NCBI GenBank assembly: GCA_964445815.1
Contig: CAYULW010000002.1
Coordinates: forward strand, 27,941 to 91,940
Origin: an uncultured Flavobacteriales bacterium
GTDB taxonomy: Bacteria > Bacteroidota > Bacteroidia > Flavobacteriales_E > Vicingaceae
Direction of reading: 5' to 3'
DNA length: 64,000 nucleotides
Shown piece by piece: positions 39,354 to 48,647 of the stretch (within the stretch, counting starts at the first letter, position 1; each line of letters opens with the position of its first letter). Under the pieces are notes generated by a model. That model made no database searches and was not told the origin of the DNA. It saw only the letters and a list, made by a program, of their open reading frames with translations. Both the position numbers and the translations under genes were made by a program.

Positions 39354-39390
39354 TGTCATTTCGAGTGTAGTTGTGTCATTTCGAGCGTAG
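39354..39390. repeat. tandem direct repeat TGTCATTTCGAG(T/C)GTAG x2 upstream of GIY-YIG gene
   Basis: Two 17-bp units (39354-39370, 39374-39390) separated by 3 bp, about 35 bp upstream of the GIY-YIG start. Confidence 0.5.
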
Positions 39391-39425
39391 TCGAGAAATA
39401 GACAACTTAAAAAAACAAATCAAAG

Positions 39426-39788
39426 GTGAAAAAAGAGCATCGCTATTTTGTTTATATCTTAAAATGTGCTGATGGCAGTTACTACGTAGGGCTGACCAAT
39501 GATTTAGGAAGAAGGTTACAAGAACACGGGGAGGGACATGTGAGATCAGCCTATACATATAATCGGAGGCCTCTAGATCTGGTTTATCAAGTAGATTTTA
39601 ATTACATTAATGAGGCCATCGCTTTTGAGAAGCAATTAAAGAGATGGTCGAGGAAAAAGAAAGAAGCATTAATAAGAGGAGATTGGACGAGCTTAAAGGA
39701 ATATTCTAAATGCGTGAATGGAACAAGTCATAAGAATTACAGAGCATCTTTATCAGGTTTCGACTCCGCTCAACCTGACAAAGATTAG
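39426..39788 (+). CDS. GIY-YIG nuclease family protein (UPF0213-like)
   Basis: 120 aa. YFVYILKCADGSYYVGLTNDLGRRLQEHGEG is the GIY-YIG motif. Confidence 0.85.
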   Translation: MKKEHRYFVYILKCADGSYYVGLTNDLGRRLQEHGEGHVRSAYTYNRRPLDLVYQVDFNYINEAIAFEKQLKRWSRKKKEALIRGDWTSLKEYSKCVNGTSHKNYRASLSGFDSAQPDKD

Positions 39789-39902
39789 AAAGGTAGAGAG
39801 TCTAATCAAAAAACTTAACTTTAAATGGTGAAAACCAAAGCCATAAGATACCAATTCAGGAATTAAAGAATGGTGTACACATTATAAAAGTGACCGGACA
39901 AA

Positions 39903-41423
39903 ATGAAGTATTGGGGACAGAACAAATCATTATTCAGCATTAGAATTGTTGCTTATTGCCTCATGATAGTATATCTGAGCATGCCTTTAATCGGGCATGC
40001 TCAGATTTTTAATAAGAAGTATGATTTCTATATAAATTCTGGTGCAAGTTTTAATGTTGAACAGATTGCACATGATAGTCTTCTTATTACCACATCAAAT
40101 TTCATTCCTAGTGGTCTAAGTATTTCTAGTGTTCTATTAAACTTTAATGGAGATAGCCTGCGGAAAAGAACATATCAAGACAGTTTGAAAAACTTGTATA
40201 TGGGCTGGGCAAATTCGATGAACCCAACACATGATGGTGGATTTATTATGGGAGGTGGTTATAAAGATACGGCTACTGATTATGGATACCTTGTAAAATT
40301 CAACCGATTTGGCGATACCATTTGGACTAGAACTTTTGGCGATACGGTAAACTGGTTTACTTTTCGTCAAGCCATACAAACTACTGATGGCGGTTATGCT
40401 GTAGTGGGAGAATATGCAGCAGTAGGGCGCAGGCCGGATGGGTGGTTGGTGAAAACGGATAGTTTAGGAAATCTGCAATGGCAAAAATTTTACAGTACAA
40501 CCATTGGAACCTTTGAACGTTTAAGTTCTGTCTTTCAAACTGTGGATGGGGGCTTTGTACTTGGTGGAACAGAACAGGAGTTTCCTAATCAAAACATTCG
40601 CAATTATGATCCTATTGTGATCAAAGTAGATTCTTTGGGCAATCAACAATGGCGCTACAAATACGATACACCTGGTAATGATGGTGTGGCCTATGCGATT
40701 CAAACTCGAGATGGAAACTATGTGTTTGTATCGGGTAATTCTATTCCTGAAAACCCACCATACAGTTCTGTTCCTTTATCAAAGGCATTAATGGCTAAAC
40801 TAGACAACAATGGAAGTTTATTGTGGGATAAAGAATATGGTCTGGTTAAGCGAAACCATAGTTTACAAGTGGTAAAAGAATTAGCTAATGGTGATTTAGT
40901 CGCTTGTGGAAGAAGGCGATCTTATCAAAATTCAACAATTCAAGGCTTATTGCTAAAAACTGATGCCAATGGAGATAGCATTTGGGTAAATACTTATGAA
41001 TATGATCCTAGCCAAACAAGTGCGTCCAATTACCTATGGGATTTTGTTCAAATGCCGGATGGAGGTTTTGTAGCAGCAGGAGAGACTAGCGGTAGAATTG
41101 CATCTGTTAGCTATCAAGATACTTGGCTCATAAGAGTAGATAGCAATGGTTGTATTTTGCAATCCTGCTTGGTCGGTTTGGATGATCTGCCACAAGAATC
41201 ATATGAGTTGGAACTTTATCCCAATCCAAGTTCCGGTATCGTGAATATCGAAACATCAAAACCAATAGAGAGTATTCAGATTTACAATATAAGGGGGCAA
41301 GAGGTTAAACGAATTGAAAACCCTGTTGGACAATTTGAATTACCAAGAGAACTTGGATTATATATCATTAAATCTTATTCAGAGGATGGGAGTTTCCTAA
41401 CGAAAAAACTAATCAAACACTAA
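39903..41423 (+). CDS. secreted beta-propeller-repeat protein with T9SS C-terminal sorting domain
   Basis: 506 aa. Signal peptide. Repeated T.DGGY..VG modules (TDGGYAVVG, VDGGFVLGG, RDGNYVFVSG, PDGGFVAAGETSG). C-terminal LELYPNPSSGIVNIE...YIIK... is a T9SS CTD. Confidence 0.75.
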   Translation: MKYWGQNKSLFSIRIVAYCLMIVYLSMPLIGHAQIFNKKYDFYINSGASFNVEQIAHDSLLITTSNFIPSGLSISSVLLNFNGDSLRKRTYQDSLKNLYMGWANSMNPTHDGGFIMGGGYKDTATDYGYLVKFNRFGDTIWTRTFGDTVNWFTFRQAIQTTDGGYAVVGEYAAVGRRPDGWLVKTDSLGNLQWQKFYSTTIGTFERLSSVFQTVDGGFVLGGTEQEFPNQNIRNYDPIVIKVDSLGNQQWRYKYDTPGNDGVAYAIQTRDGNYVFVSGNSIPENPPYSSVPLSKALMAKLDNNGSLLWDKEYGLVKRNHSLQVVKELANGDLVACGRRRSYQNSTIQGLLLKTDANGDSIWVNTYEYDPSQTSASNYLWDFVQMPDGGFVAAGETSGRIASVSYQDTWLIRVDSNGCILQSCLVGLDDLPQESYELELYPNPSSGIVNIETSKPIESIQIYNIRGQEVKRIENPVGQFELPRELGLYIIKSYSEDGSFLTKKLIKH

Positions 41424-41428
41424 ATCGA

Positions 41429-42331
41429 ATGAAAACATTGATATTAATGTTTTTCTTATCTGTTTCTCTATCAATCTTTACGCAGAATTATATTCCTATG
41501 CCTGATGCAAATGCGGTATGGCGAGAAAGCTCAGGAATTAGCTTTTATAATTGTCGAGAATATAATTACGTGATTGATGGAGATACAATCATTAACCGCA
41601 ATACCTACCATAAACTTAGAAATGTTGGCTACGAAGCTAGTTATCACCCAAGTTTTTGTAATCAAGTATTATTTTGGTTTAATGATTATGTTGGGTGCTT
41701 TCGAAATGATAGCGCAAATAGAATAGTTTACTATGTTCCCACCGGCCAAACAATTGAAAGAAAACTTTTTGATTTTAATGCAAACGCAGGTGACACATTA
41801 AGAAATCTCTATGTTTATCCTTCAAACGGACGAGATACTTCATTTGTAATAGCTAGGGTTGATTCTATTTTGTTGAATAACAATTATCATAGAACATACC
41901 ACGTGCAAGGCTGTAACCCTTTCCCTAGATATTCCGATTCAATATTTTTTATAGAAGGAATTGGTAGCAATCATGGATTTCTCCCTAATTATGAATGTGC
42001 TGGTTATTGGTTTACAAGTTTAAATTGTGTTAAAGAAAATAACATAACAATCTATGGTGCCACAGGCCAATGCAATATTTTAACAGAAATTGAGGCACAT
42101 AAGTTTGAACAAGGCGTTTCAATTTCACCCAATCCAAGTTCCGGTATAGTGAATATCGAAACATCAAAATCAATAGAGAGCATTCAGATTTACAATATGC
42201 ACGGTCAGATGGTTAAACGGATCGAAAATCCTAAAGAACAAATTGTATTACCTAAAGAACAGGGCTTGTATTTGCTGCAGATTGAGGATGTAGAAGGAAG
42301 AGTTTATACAAAGAAAATAGTGAAACAATAA
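41429..42331 (+). CDS. secreted protein with T9SS C-terminal sorting domain
   Basis: 300 aa. Signal peptide. C-terminal SISPNPSSGIVNIETSKSIESIQIYNMHGQMVKRI...LYLLQIE... is a T9SS CTD nearly identical at DNA level to the upstream gene. Confidence 0.7.
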   Translation: MKTLILMFFLSVSLSIFTQNYIPMPDANAVWRESSGISFYNCREYNYVIDGDTIINRNTYHKLRNVGYEASYHPSFCNQVLFWFNDYVGCFRNDSANRIVYYVPTGQTIERKLFDFNANAGDTLRNLYVYPSNGRDTSFVIARVDSILLNNNYHRTYHVQGCNPFPRYSDSIFFIEGIGSNHGFLPNYECAGYWFTSLNCVKENNITIYGATGQCNILTEIEAHKFEQGVSISPNPSSGIVNIETSKSIESIQIYNMHGQMVKRIENPKEQIVLPKEQGLYLLQIEDVEGRVYTKKIVKQ

Positions 42332-42400
42332 AACCTTACTTAACAGTATACAGTTTCGGAGTATAGCTGCTCATGTATCTCAAAAATCTAGACTTTCCGT

Positions 42401-43675
42401 TTAAACCTTCAATATAGCCTGAGCATAATTCGCCCAGCTTAGCTCTTTGGTTTTTTCTTTCACATTCTCTCCCGGTAGCGGGTCTTTTAAGAAACGCCTC
42501 ATCTGTTCGGTCATGGATGCGATATTATTCGCTTCAGCCAAATAACCATTAAAACCGTCTTCTATCGTTTCGGGAAAATGCCCCACTTTAGTTGCCAATA
42601 TGGGCAGTTGAAAATTGTAACTTAAAGATTCTATGCCTGAAGGTGTGGCATAGTCGTAATAAAGCATAACGGCATCACTCACCTGAAAATATTTATTCAC
42701 GTCTTCATTGGGAATAAATTCATTCACCACCATGCTTTGGCCTTCAAGGTTTAATTCTTTGATCAATTGTAAAGGATCATACTCCCGTTCATCGTCAGCT
42801 TTTTTCAAGAAAAGTTTTTTGGCCAAACCAAAAACGGCATTTTTTACTTTAGTACTCAACTTTGAGTTGTCTAAAGTGGCCCAAAAAGATTCTCCACAGA
42901 TGAGAAGAGAAACATCGTCACGTTCTTTAGTAAGCTCGTGAAAAGCAGGAATTAAATGATGCAAGCCTTTGTATTTTCTGATGAAGCCAAAAAACAAAAA
43001 GACATGTTCTTTTAAATTGTGTTGCGTTTTAAACTGTTTGACATCAAAGTTGGGGTCGGGCTGAAACAAATCATAAATGGGATGATAAAGTTTGAGCACA
43101 TGATCTGCTTTTTTCAGAGGGCGTTGACCATCTAAAGTGATGGTGAAGTTTTTACTTGGAAAACTTTCTTTGAGTTCTTCGGCTGTTTTGTAGGCATGCA
43201 CAATATAATTGTCAGCATTCTGTATACCATATTTGGTAAATAAGCGATCCAGCTTGCTGTTTTCTTTTTGAATGACAAAATGCAAATCAAAGATGACTTC
43301 GATATCGGCATGTTTTTGTAGTCTGGTCGCCATCCATCCTAAGGGTAAACCTTGAACGGCGATGGACCATTGAAAAATGACTTTTTCCGGTTTAAGGCTG
43401 AGAATGTATTTATAAGTCGCTCTCCAAGAAGCCGGATTGTTGTAATTGGTAATGTATTTGACTTTAATGTCTGTTCCTTCCAGTAGATCGGTCTTGCTGC
43501 TTTTATCTACAAACTCTCTGGGAATGATGGCCGGATACTGCTGTGTCCATGAAACAATATGAATTTCAGTATTATCTTGTTTGTCCAGAGCTTTTGCTAG
43601 AGAGGTATTGTAATTAGAAATGCCACCTTTAAACTGTGGGCCGGGGCCAAAACAAACAATACGTCTTATACTCAT
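42401..43675 (-). CDS. glycosyltransferase family 4 (GT-B, group 1)
   Basis: 424 aa. C-terminal GT4 signature ...ATPSGIESLSYNFQLPILATKVGHFPETIEDGFNGYL (E-x7-E). Confidence 0.7.
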   Translation of the reverse strand: MSIRRIVCFGPGPQFKGGISNYNTSLAKALDKQDNTEIHIVSWTQQYPAIIPREFVDKSSKTDLLEGTDIKVKYITNYNNPASWRATYKYILSLKPEKVIFQWSIAVQGLPLGWMATRLQKHADIEVIFDLHFVIQKENSKLDRLFTKYGIQNADNYIVHAYKTAEELKESFPSKNFTITLDGQRPLKKADHVLKLYHPIYDLFQPDPNFDVKQFKTQHNLKEHVFLFFGFIRKYKGLHHLIPAFHELTKERDDVSLLICGESFWATLDNSKLSTKVKNAVFGLAKKLFLKKADDEREYDPLQLIKELNLEGQSMVVNEFIPNEDVNKYFQVSDAVMLYYDYATPSGIESLSYNFQLPILATKVGHFPETIEDGFNGYLAEANNIASMTEQMRRFLKDPLPGENVKEKTKELSWANYAQAILKV

Positions 43676-44721
43676 TTATTTTTGTTTTCAAGTGCCTTTT
43701 CATACACTCTACGCATGCCTTCTCGAATGGAGATTTTTGGTTCCCATTCCAAGTTTTCCTTTACCCAATCCATATTACAATAACGGGAATGGACACCAAC
43801 AGGTTTGTCAAGCAGAGGTTTGATCTCGGGTTTGTAACCTGCAAAATCTGTGAAGATATCGATGAGATCTAGGAAACTGGTCAATTGCCCCTGGCCAATG
43901 TTGATGGCCGTTCCATCGGTGATTTTTTCCATGGCCAGAAGAGTGCAGTCCAAGACATCGTCGATGTGTACAAAGTCTCTGCCTTGTTTGCCACTTCCCC
44001 AAACCTCAAAAGGGTTCTCTTTATTGGCTGCTCTGGCTGCAATGGCAGGGACAGGGTAGGTGAGGTCTTGATCTTCTCCATAACCGCTAAATGGGCGAAT
44101 ACATGTCACGGAAACTCCGTAGTATTTTGCGGCAATGTGTGCTAAATATTCACCGGTCAGTTTCGACCACCCGTAGGTCATGTCCGGTTGACCCATTTTA
44201 CTAAAGTCTATATCAGATTCACTCAAAGCAATGGCATTGGTGTCTGTTTGCAAATCAACGGGATAAGCGGCACTTGAGCTTGGATACAACACTCTACCCG
44301 GCTTATGTCTACATATCCAGTAAAAGAATTCAGCATCTATGGACAGATCTAAAGCGACCATCATGGGATCGCCATCAATTTTAGCCCTTCCGCCGACTAT
44401 AGCCGCAAAATGAAAGACATCTGCGAATTTTTCAAATTCAATACCATAATTGTCTTGAAAATGATTTTCGTTTTGACTGAGGTGATGCAGGGTATTTCTA
44501 AAATCTTCTTTGATGAAGATCAAACGCTCATTTTTGCCATAAAAGGAGGCATTTTTATCAGCTCGAACGAAAGGGGCATCTAACCAAGTATTTGGGTCAG
44601 TACCAACAGACAAGTCATCAATAAAAATGACTCGATCTGATGTGTTGTTCATCAATCGTTTAACCATGTTGCGACCAACGAAACCACAACCTCCTGAAAC
44701 TAAATGCGTTTTATTCATCAA
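43672..44721 (-). CDS. NAD-dependent sugar epimerase/dehydratase (SDR family)
   Basis: 349 aa. LVSGGCGFVGRNMVKRL Rossmann motif, ...YGWSKLTGEY (YxxxK). Confidence 0.8.
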   Translation of the reverse strand: MMNKTHLVSGGCGFVGRNMVKRLMNNTSDRVIFIDDLSVGTDPNTWLDAPFVRADKNASFYGKNERLIFIKEDFRNTLHHLSQNENHFQDNYGIEFEKFADVFHFAAIVGGRAKIDGDPMMVALDLSIDAEFFYWICRHKPGRVLYPSSSAAYPVDLQTDTNAIALSESDIDFSKMGQPDMTYGWSKLTGEYLAHIAAKYYGVSVTCIRPFSGYGEDQDLTYPVPAIAARAANKENPFEVWGSGKQGRDFVHIDDVLDCTLLAMEKITDGTAINIGQGQLTSFLDLIDIFTDFAGYKPEIKPLLDKPVGVHSRYCNMDWVKENLEWEPKISIREGMRRVYEKALENKNK

Positions 44722-44736
44722 TTTTGAATCTTAATT

Positions 44737-45345
44737 TTGACTTTTAAGGTTAGCGAAATTCGCCAAAAAATGCGGCTTCAACAACCAAGTAGAAATGAAA
44801 ATAAGTGGAGACTCTTGAAGGCATTAGAAAAATGGAATGTTGACCAATCTTGGACTTTGTTTTTAGACAGAGATGGGGTGATCAATCGAAAATTAGAGAA
44901 CGATTACGTCAAGTGTATTGAAGAGTTTGACTTTATTGATGGAGTTAAAGAAGCAATTGTAAAAGCAAGAAAGCTTTTTGGAAGAATCGTTGTTGTAACC
45001 AATCAGCAGGGTATAGGGAAAGGCATAATGAGTCACAAGGACTTAGAACAAGTACATGATTACATGTTAGCTTCTCTTGAGAAAGCCGGTGCGCAAATCG
45101 ATAAGATATACTATTGTCCGGAGCTGGCATCTAAAAATGCGCCATGCCGAAAACCGAATGTTGGCATGGCAGAGGCGGCAAAAAAAGATTTTCCTGAAAT
45201 TGACTTTTCTAAATCGATAATGATCGGGGACTCAGATTCTGATATAGAAATGGGTAAGCGTTGTGGGATGAAGACTGTATTAATAAGAGATCATGATGAT
45301 TTAGGTAGTGATGCTAGAGTAGAGAGCTTATCAGAGTTGTTTTAA
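44737..45345 (+). CDS. HAD-IIIA phosphatase, D,D-heptose-1,7-bisphosphate phosphatase (GmhB)-like
   Basis: 202 aa. LFLDRDGVIN (DxD nucleophile motif), ...VVVTNQQGIGKG... YYCPE...C.CRKP, typical of GmhB/histidinol-phosphatase-like HAD enzymes. Confidence 0.65.
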   Translation: MTFKVSEIRQKMRLQQPSRNENKWRLLKALEKWNVDQSWTLFLDRDGVINRKLENDYVKCIEEFDFIDGVKEAIVKARKLFGRIVVVTNQQGIGKGIMSHKDLEQVHDYMLASLEKAGAQIDKIYYCPELASKNAPCRKPNVGMAEAAKKDFPEIDFSKSIMIGDSDSDIEMGKRCGMKTVLIRDHDDLGSDARVESLSELF

Positions 45346-45353
45346 AGATTTGT

Positions 45354-45614
45354 TTAAGAGAATATTATTAGTAGGCTTAGAAGTACCAATATAAAAATCA
45401 CTACTAAAACCTTAGCTCTTTCTTTTCTTTTTTGGTCTTTAATTGTTTCTTTGATTTTTTCTCTCGCTGATTCGCTTAGTGGGCCTTTGTAATTTAAAGA
45501 AGCTCCTTTCTTATACTTGTGCTTAGAACGATAGTACTTGTCAGTGGAGTATTTTCTTAGTCTTTCATTGTTTCTTTGACTTCCTTCACTGTCTTTTGCA
45601 AAACCAACTCCCAT
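45354..45614 (-). CDS. hypothetical small basic tail-anchored membrane protein
   Basis: 86 aa. K/R-rich N-terminus, one C-terminal TM helix. 6 bp downstream of the NHL-repeat gene. Confidence 0.35.
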   Translation of the reverse strand: MGVGFAKDSEGSQRNNERLRKYSTDKYYRSKHKYKKGASLNYKGPLSESAREKIKETIKDQKRKERAKVLVVIFILVLLSLLIIFS

Positions 45615-45620
45615 TTATAT

Positions 45621-46733
45621 CTAATGCCTAACTATTAATTTTTGACTGTAAATTTCGCCATTAAAAAAATGAACTTGAATAAAGATTATTCCATTCTTTT
45701 CACTTCTTAAATCAATGTTATCTTTTTGTTTGATTTGTCGAATCAGTTTTCCTGTTGCATTATAAATAGAAATATGACTGATTACCTTTTCTTCTAAAAA
45801 ATTGACTTCAAATTCGTCACCAATTGTAGGATTAATGAATATCTCCTTTCTAAAAGAAGTTTTTTCTATTCCAACAGTAGATGATGATCGAATAGTAATG
45901 GCATTAGGATTTATTAGCCCTAATGTCGCGGGAGCAATAAAGTCATTGATGTATGTGCCTGAGCTTGAATATTGTTTGACCGAGCTTGTTCCGCCGTTTC
46001 CGATCAAAATATTTCCATTGGGCAAGAAGGCTACTCCTTCTGAATTTTGCAGGCCTGACATAAAAATACCCTGATAAGCTCCACTTGAGTCGAAACGCTT
46101 CACAGCAAAACCGTCATAATCTGAAACCAATAAATCTCCGTTAGAGTCAAACCAGATATTTGTTGGGCCTGCGAGATTTGAATTGATAAATAGCCCTAAA
46201 TCATTTCCACTGGTGTCAAATTTTCTTACAAAATCACCATTGTATGAAGACACATATAAGTTACCAAGTAAATCCCAATCCATACCGATACTCCGATTAA
46301 CGCCTACACTTGTAAAATCTCCAAGAAAAGTACCATCTAAGCCATAGCGTTTGACCTTTCCATTACCGGCCCATTGCAAAACATAAAGACTTGAGTCTGC
46401 ACCGATTTTCATGCGTGTCGGCTGTCCGATTCCCGATGCAAAAACACCTAGATATGCTCCGGTAGTTGCATTGTATTTGGTGATGTTATTAGTATTTAAG
46501 TTGGAAATCAGAACAAGGTTAGAATCTTCAAGAAAAACAATGTCCTGAGGCCACCCCAATTGTGTATTGATAAAGACACTTGGATTTTGCCCATTTTGGT
46601 CAAACTTTAAAATCTGCCATGGAGGATTATTGAAGTTGCCGGCATCACAAACATAAATGTCAAATGATTGACTACTGCTAATAAATGAGCAGAGGCAGAG
46701 CAGTAAACTGCCGAGTAGGTAGAGGAATTTCAT
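45621..46733 (-). CDS. secreted NHL/beta-propeller-like repeat protein with T9SS C-terminal sorting domain
   Basis: 370 aa. Signal peptide. Repeated G.LY(V)..... motifs (GNLYVSSYNG, GDLLVSDYDG, GNILIGNGG). C-terminal ...ISIYNATGKLIRQI...GIIFIQV... is a T9SS CTD. Confidence 0.6.
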   Translation of the reverse strand: MKFLYLLGSLLLCLCSFISSSQSFDIYVCDAGNFNNPPWQILKFDQNGQNPSVFINTQLGWPQDIVFLEDSNLVLISNLNTNNITKYNATTGAYLGVFASGIGQPTRMKIGADSSLYVLQWAGNGKVKRYGLDGTFLGDFTSVGVNRSIGMDWDLLGNLYVSSYNGDFVRKFDTSGNDLGLFINSNLAGPTNIWFDSNGDLLVSDYDGFAVKRFDSSGAYQGIFMSGLQNSEGVAFLPNGNILIGNGGTSSVKQYSSSGTYINDFIAPATLGLINPNAITIRSSSTVGIEKTSFRKEIFINPTIGDEFEVNFLEEKVISHISIYNATGKLIRQIKQKDNIDLRSEKNGIIFIQVHFFNGEIYSQKLIVRH

Positions 46734-46822
46734 GATAGAGTAGTTGTCGTTATGCTCTAAGACAGTTCAAAGGTTTAGATTGTTGCCTTGAAACCAGCTT
46801 ACCTGAATTCTGTACTTCAAAT

Positions 46823-46972
46823 CTAAAATAGAGTATAGATAAATGGGGCTGCAGAACTTCCTCCGCCAACAACCAGAAGTAAACCCAAAAGCAAGAGAAC
46901 GAGAATGACCGGAACTAAAAACCACTTTTTGCGTTCCAGCATAAATTGAAGTAAATCCTTGAGAAATTCCAT
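46823..46972 (-). CDS. 49-aa small membrane protein, DUF5989-like
   Basis: My own translation (below the 60-aa ORF-track cut-off): MEFLKDLLQFMLERKKWFLVPVILVLLLLGLLLVVGGGSSAAPFIYTLF. It matches my recollection of the DUF5989 pattern MEFLK.LW.F...RKKWWL.PII.......APFIYTLF. The track ORF 46767..46979 in another frame is rejected. Confidence 0.5.
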   Translation of the reverse strand: MEFLKDLLQFMLERKKWFLVPVILVLLLLGLLLVVGGGSSAAPFIYTLF

Positions 46973-47010
46973 GCTTCAAATATCATGATTCTGCTTGATA
47001 TTTGAATAGC

Positions 47011-48078
47011 TTAGGATTCAAAATGAAAAGCAATCTGCGATAGACCGAGCTTTTCTTCTTGCTTTAATATCATTTTTTGAGCAACATCCTTTTCAAAGAC
47101 CTCTGAAATGGAGTTTAAAGCACCTGCCGGAATACTTTGTTTTTCAAAAAGATCCATCCATTCGGCTCTTGTTCGTTTTCTAAATTCTCTTTCCAGCAAA
47201 TCAGAGAGTTCAGCTCTCCGAGCCAAGCGGGCTTGATTGTTTTTAAACCTTGGATCTTCTGTTAATGCCTCTAAGCCAATAGCTTTACAAAGCTTGTAGA
47301 AATGTTTTTGACTCCCGATGGCAAGCACTAATGCTTTATTGTCTTTGCATTGAAAGAGTTCACCATAGGGCGCAATGTTAGGATGCAATAAACCCATGGG
47401 TTTTGCTTCATGTTGAGCGATGAGCCAATTGGTAGCCTGATTGGCCAATGCACTAATTGCAGATTCATAGAGCGAAACACTTACCTTCTGAGCACCCTCT
47501 TTTCTTTGGAGCAAAGCAATGAGTAAGCCTTCTTTTAATTGATGCGCGGCGAACAGATCAATAATTGCTACAGGAATTTTAACCAACTCTGAAGCAGACT
47601 GACCATTCATCGATAGCCATCCGGTTTCAGCTTGTAGAACCATGTCATAAGCGGGTCGCTTAGAATTCGGAAATCCGATAATTTCTCCATAAATGATGTT
47701 TGGATGGATTAATTTGATGCTTGCAAAATCAAGTCCGAATTTTTCAGCATCTCCGGACTTAAAATTGGCAATAAGGATATCTGCTTTTTTAATCAGTTCA
47801 AGCAGTTCATTTAGATCATCTCTGTCATTAAAATTTGAAAAATGATGTTGCTTTCCGAAGTTAACGGAAGAAAAATAAGCGGAGTCTGTTTTATCAGCAT
47901 TTTCTGAAGAGAGTTTCCAAGACCGAGTAACGTCTCCACCCGTAGTTTTATTTTCCACCTTAATGACCTCTGCACCCAGCTCTGCAAAGAACTGACCCAC
48001 AGCAGGGCCGGCTAGAACAGAGGCGAGCTCAACAATTTTTAAATTCTTGATCATTTCGAAGGATAAAACTAACAACAA
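47011..48078 (-). CDS. CoA-transferase family III (CaiB/BaiF)
   Basis: 355 aa (start probably MIKNLKIVELASV). ...AEVIKVENKTTGGDVTRSW... is the CaiB/BaiF signature. Confidence 0.75.
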   Translation of the reverse strand: MLLVLSFEMIKNLKIVELASVLAGPAVGQFFAELGAEVIKVENKTTGGDVTRSWKLSSENADKTDSAYFSSVNFGKQHHFSNFNDRDDLNELLELIKKADILIANFKSGDAEKFGLDFASIKLIHPNIIYGEIIGFPNSKRPAYDMVLQAETGWLSMNGQSASELVKIPVAIIDLFAAHQLKEGLLIALLQRKEGAQKVSVSLYESAISALANQATNWLIAQHEAKPMGLLHPNIAPYGELFQCKDNKALVLAIGSQKHFYKLCKAIGLEALTEDPRFKNNQARLARRAELSDLLEREFRKRTRAEWMDLFEKQSIPAGALNSISEVFEKDVAQKMILKQEEKLGLSQIAFHFES

Positions 48079-48212
48079 TTCCAGTTAAAAATAGCCGATT
48101 GATAAATCTGTTCTCCCTGAATTCAGGGAGAGGCATTTTCACTCGATACAGCGAATAAAGAAGCGGATAAGCCACGCACCTTTGAACCATCAATTAATTA
48201 AAACAAAAAGAG

Positions 48213-48599
48213 ATGAAAACTTTAGTTACAACAACATTAATCGTATTAATCACCATCAATCTTTCTTACGCCCAAAATCATTTGGGAAAAAATGAAATTC
48301 AAGTCGAGTCTATAATACAAGATGAATTGACTACCATCAATTGGACGTCCAATAAAGAAGTAAACACCAGTTATTACCTGGTTGAGCGTTCAGAAGATGG
48401 GGTTAATTTTTATACCATTGCCAAATTAAATGCCGGAAGTTCGACTTATACTCCTAAAAGCTACAGCTATGAGGATACTGAAAGAGAAAGTACAGCATCT
48501 CTTTACCGAGTCACCCTGGTTTTTATGGATGGGCAGTCGATTAGTGTTTTGTCTGAAACAACGAGTGAATTGAACATGGCAAATGCCGTTGGGAAATAA
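48213..48599 (+). CDS. hypothetical secreted protein (Fn3-like segment)
   Basis: 128 aa. Signal peptide. TTINWTSNKEVNTSYYLVERSEDGVNFYTIAKL is reminiscent of fibronectin-III-like modules. Confidence 0.45.
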   Translation: MKTLVTTTLIVLITINLSYAQNHLGKNEIQVESIIQDELTTINWTSNKEVNTSYYLVERSEDGVNFYTIAKLNAGSSTYTPKSYSYEDTERESTASLYRVTLVFMDGQSISVLSETTSELNMANAVGK

Positions 48600-48647
48600 G
48601 ACTTATTGTTGTAGGTTTGAAATTATCAATGAATTAAATATAAAAAG

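Noticed and set aside
39330-39425. Possible tRNA or tRNA fragment upstream of the GIY-YIG gene
   Set aside because: No acceptor/T-arm (GGTTCGA-like) or anticodon-arm complementarity could be drawn by eye. Only the tandem 17-bp direct repeat is evident.
46767-46979. 70-aa ORF from the track (MKHGISQGFTSIYAGTQKV...)
   Set aside because: Another frame on the same strand encodes the 49-aa DUF5989-like protein with a far more convincing conserved pattern. The 70-aa frame is Gly/Ser/Cys/Arg-rich with no features.
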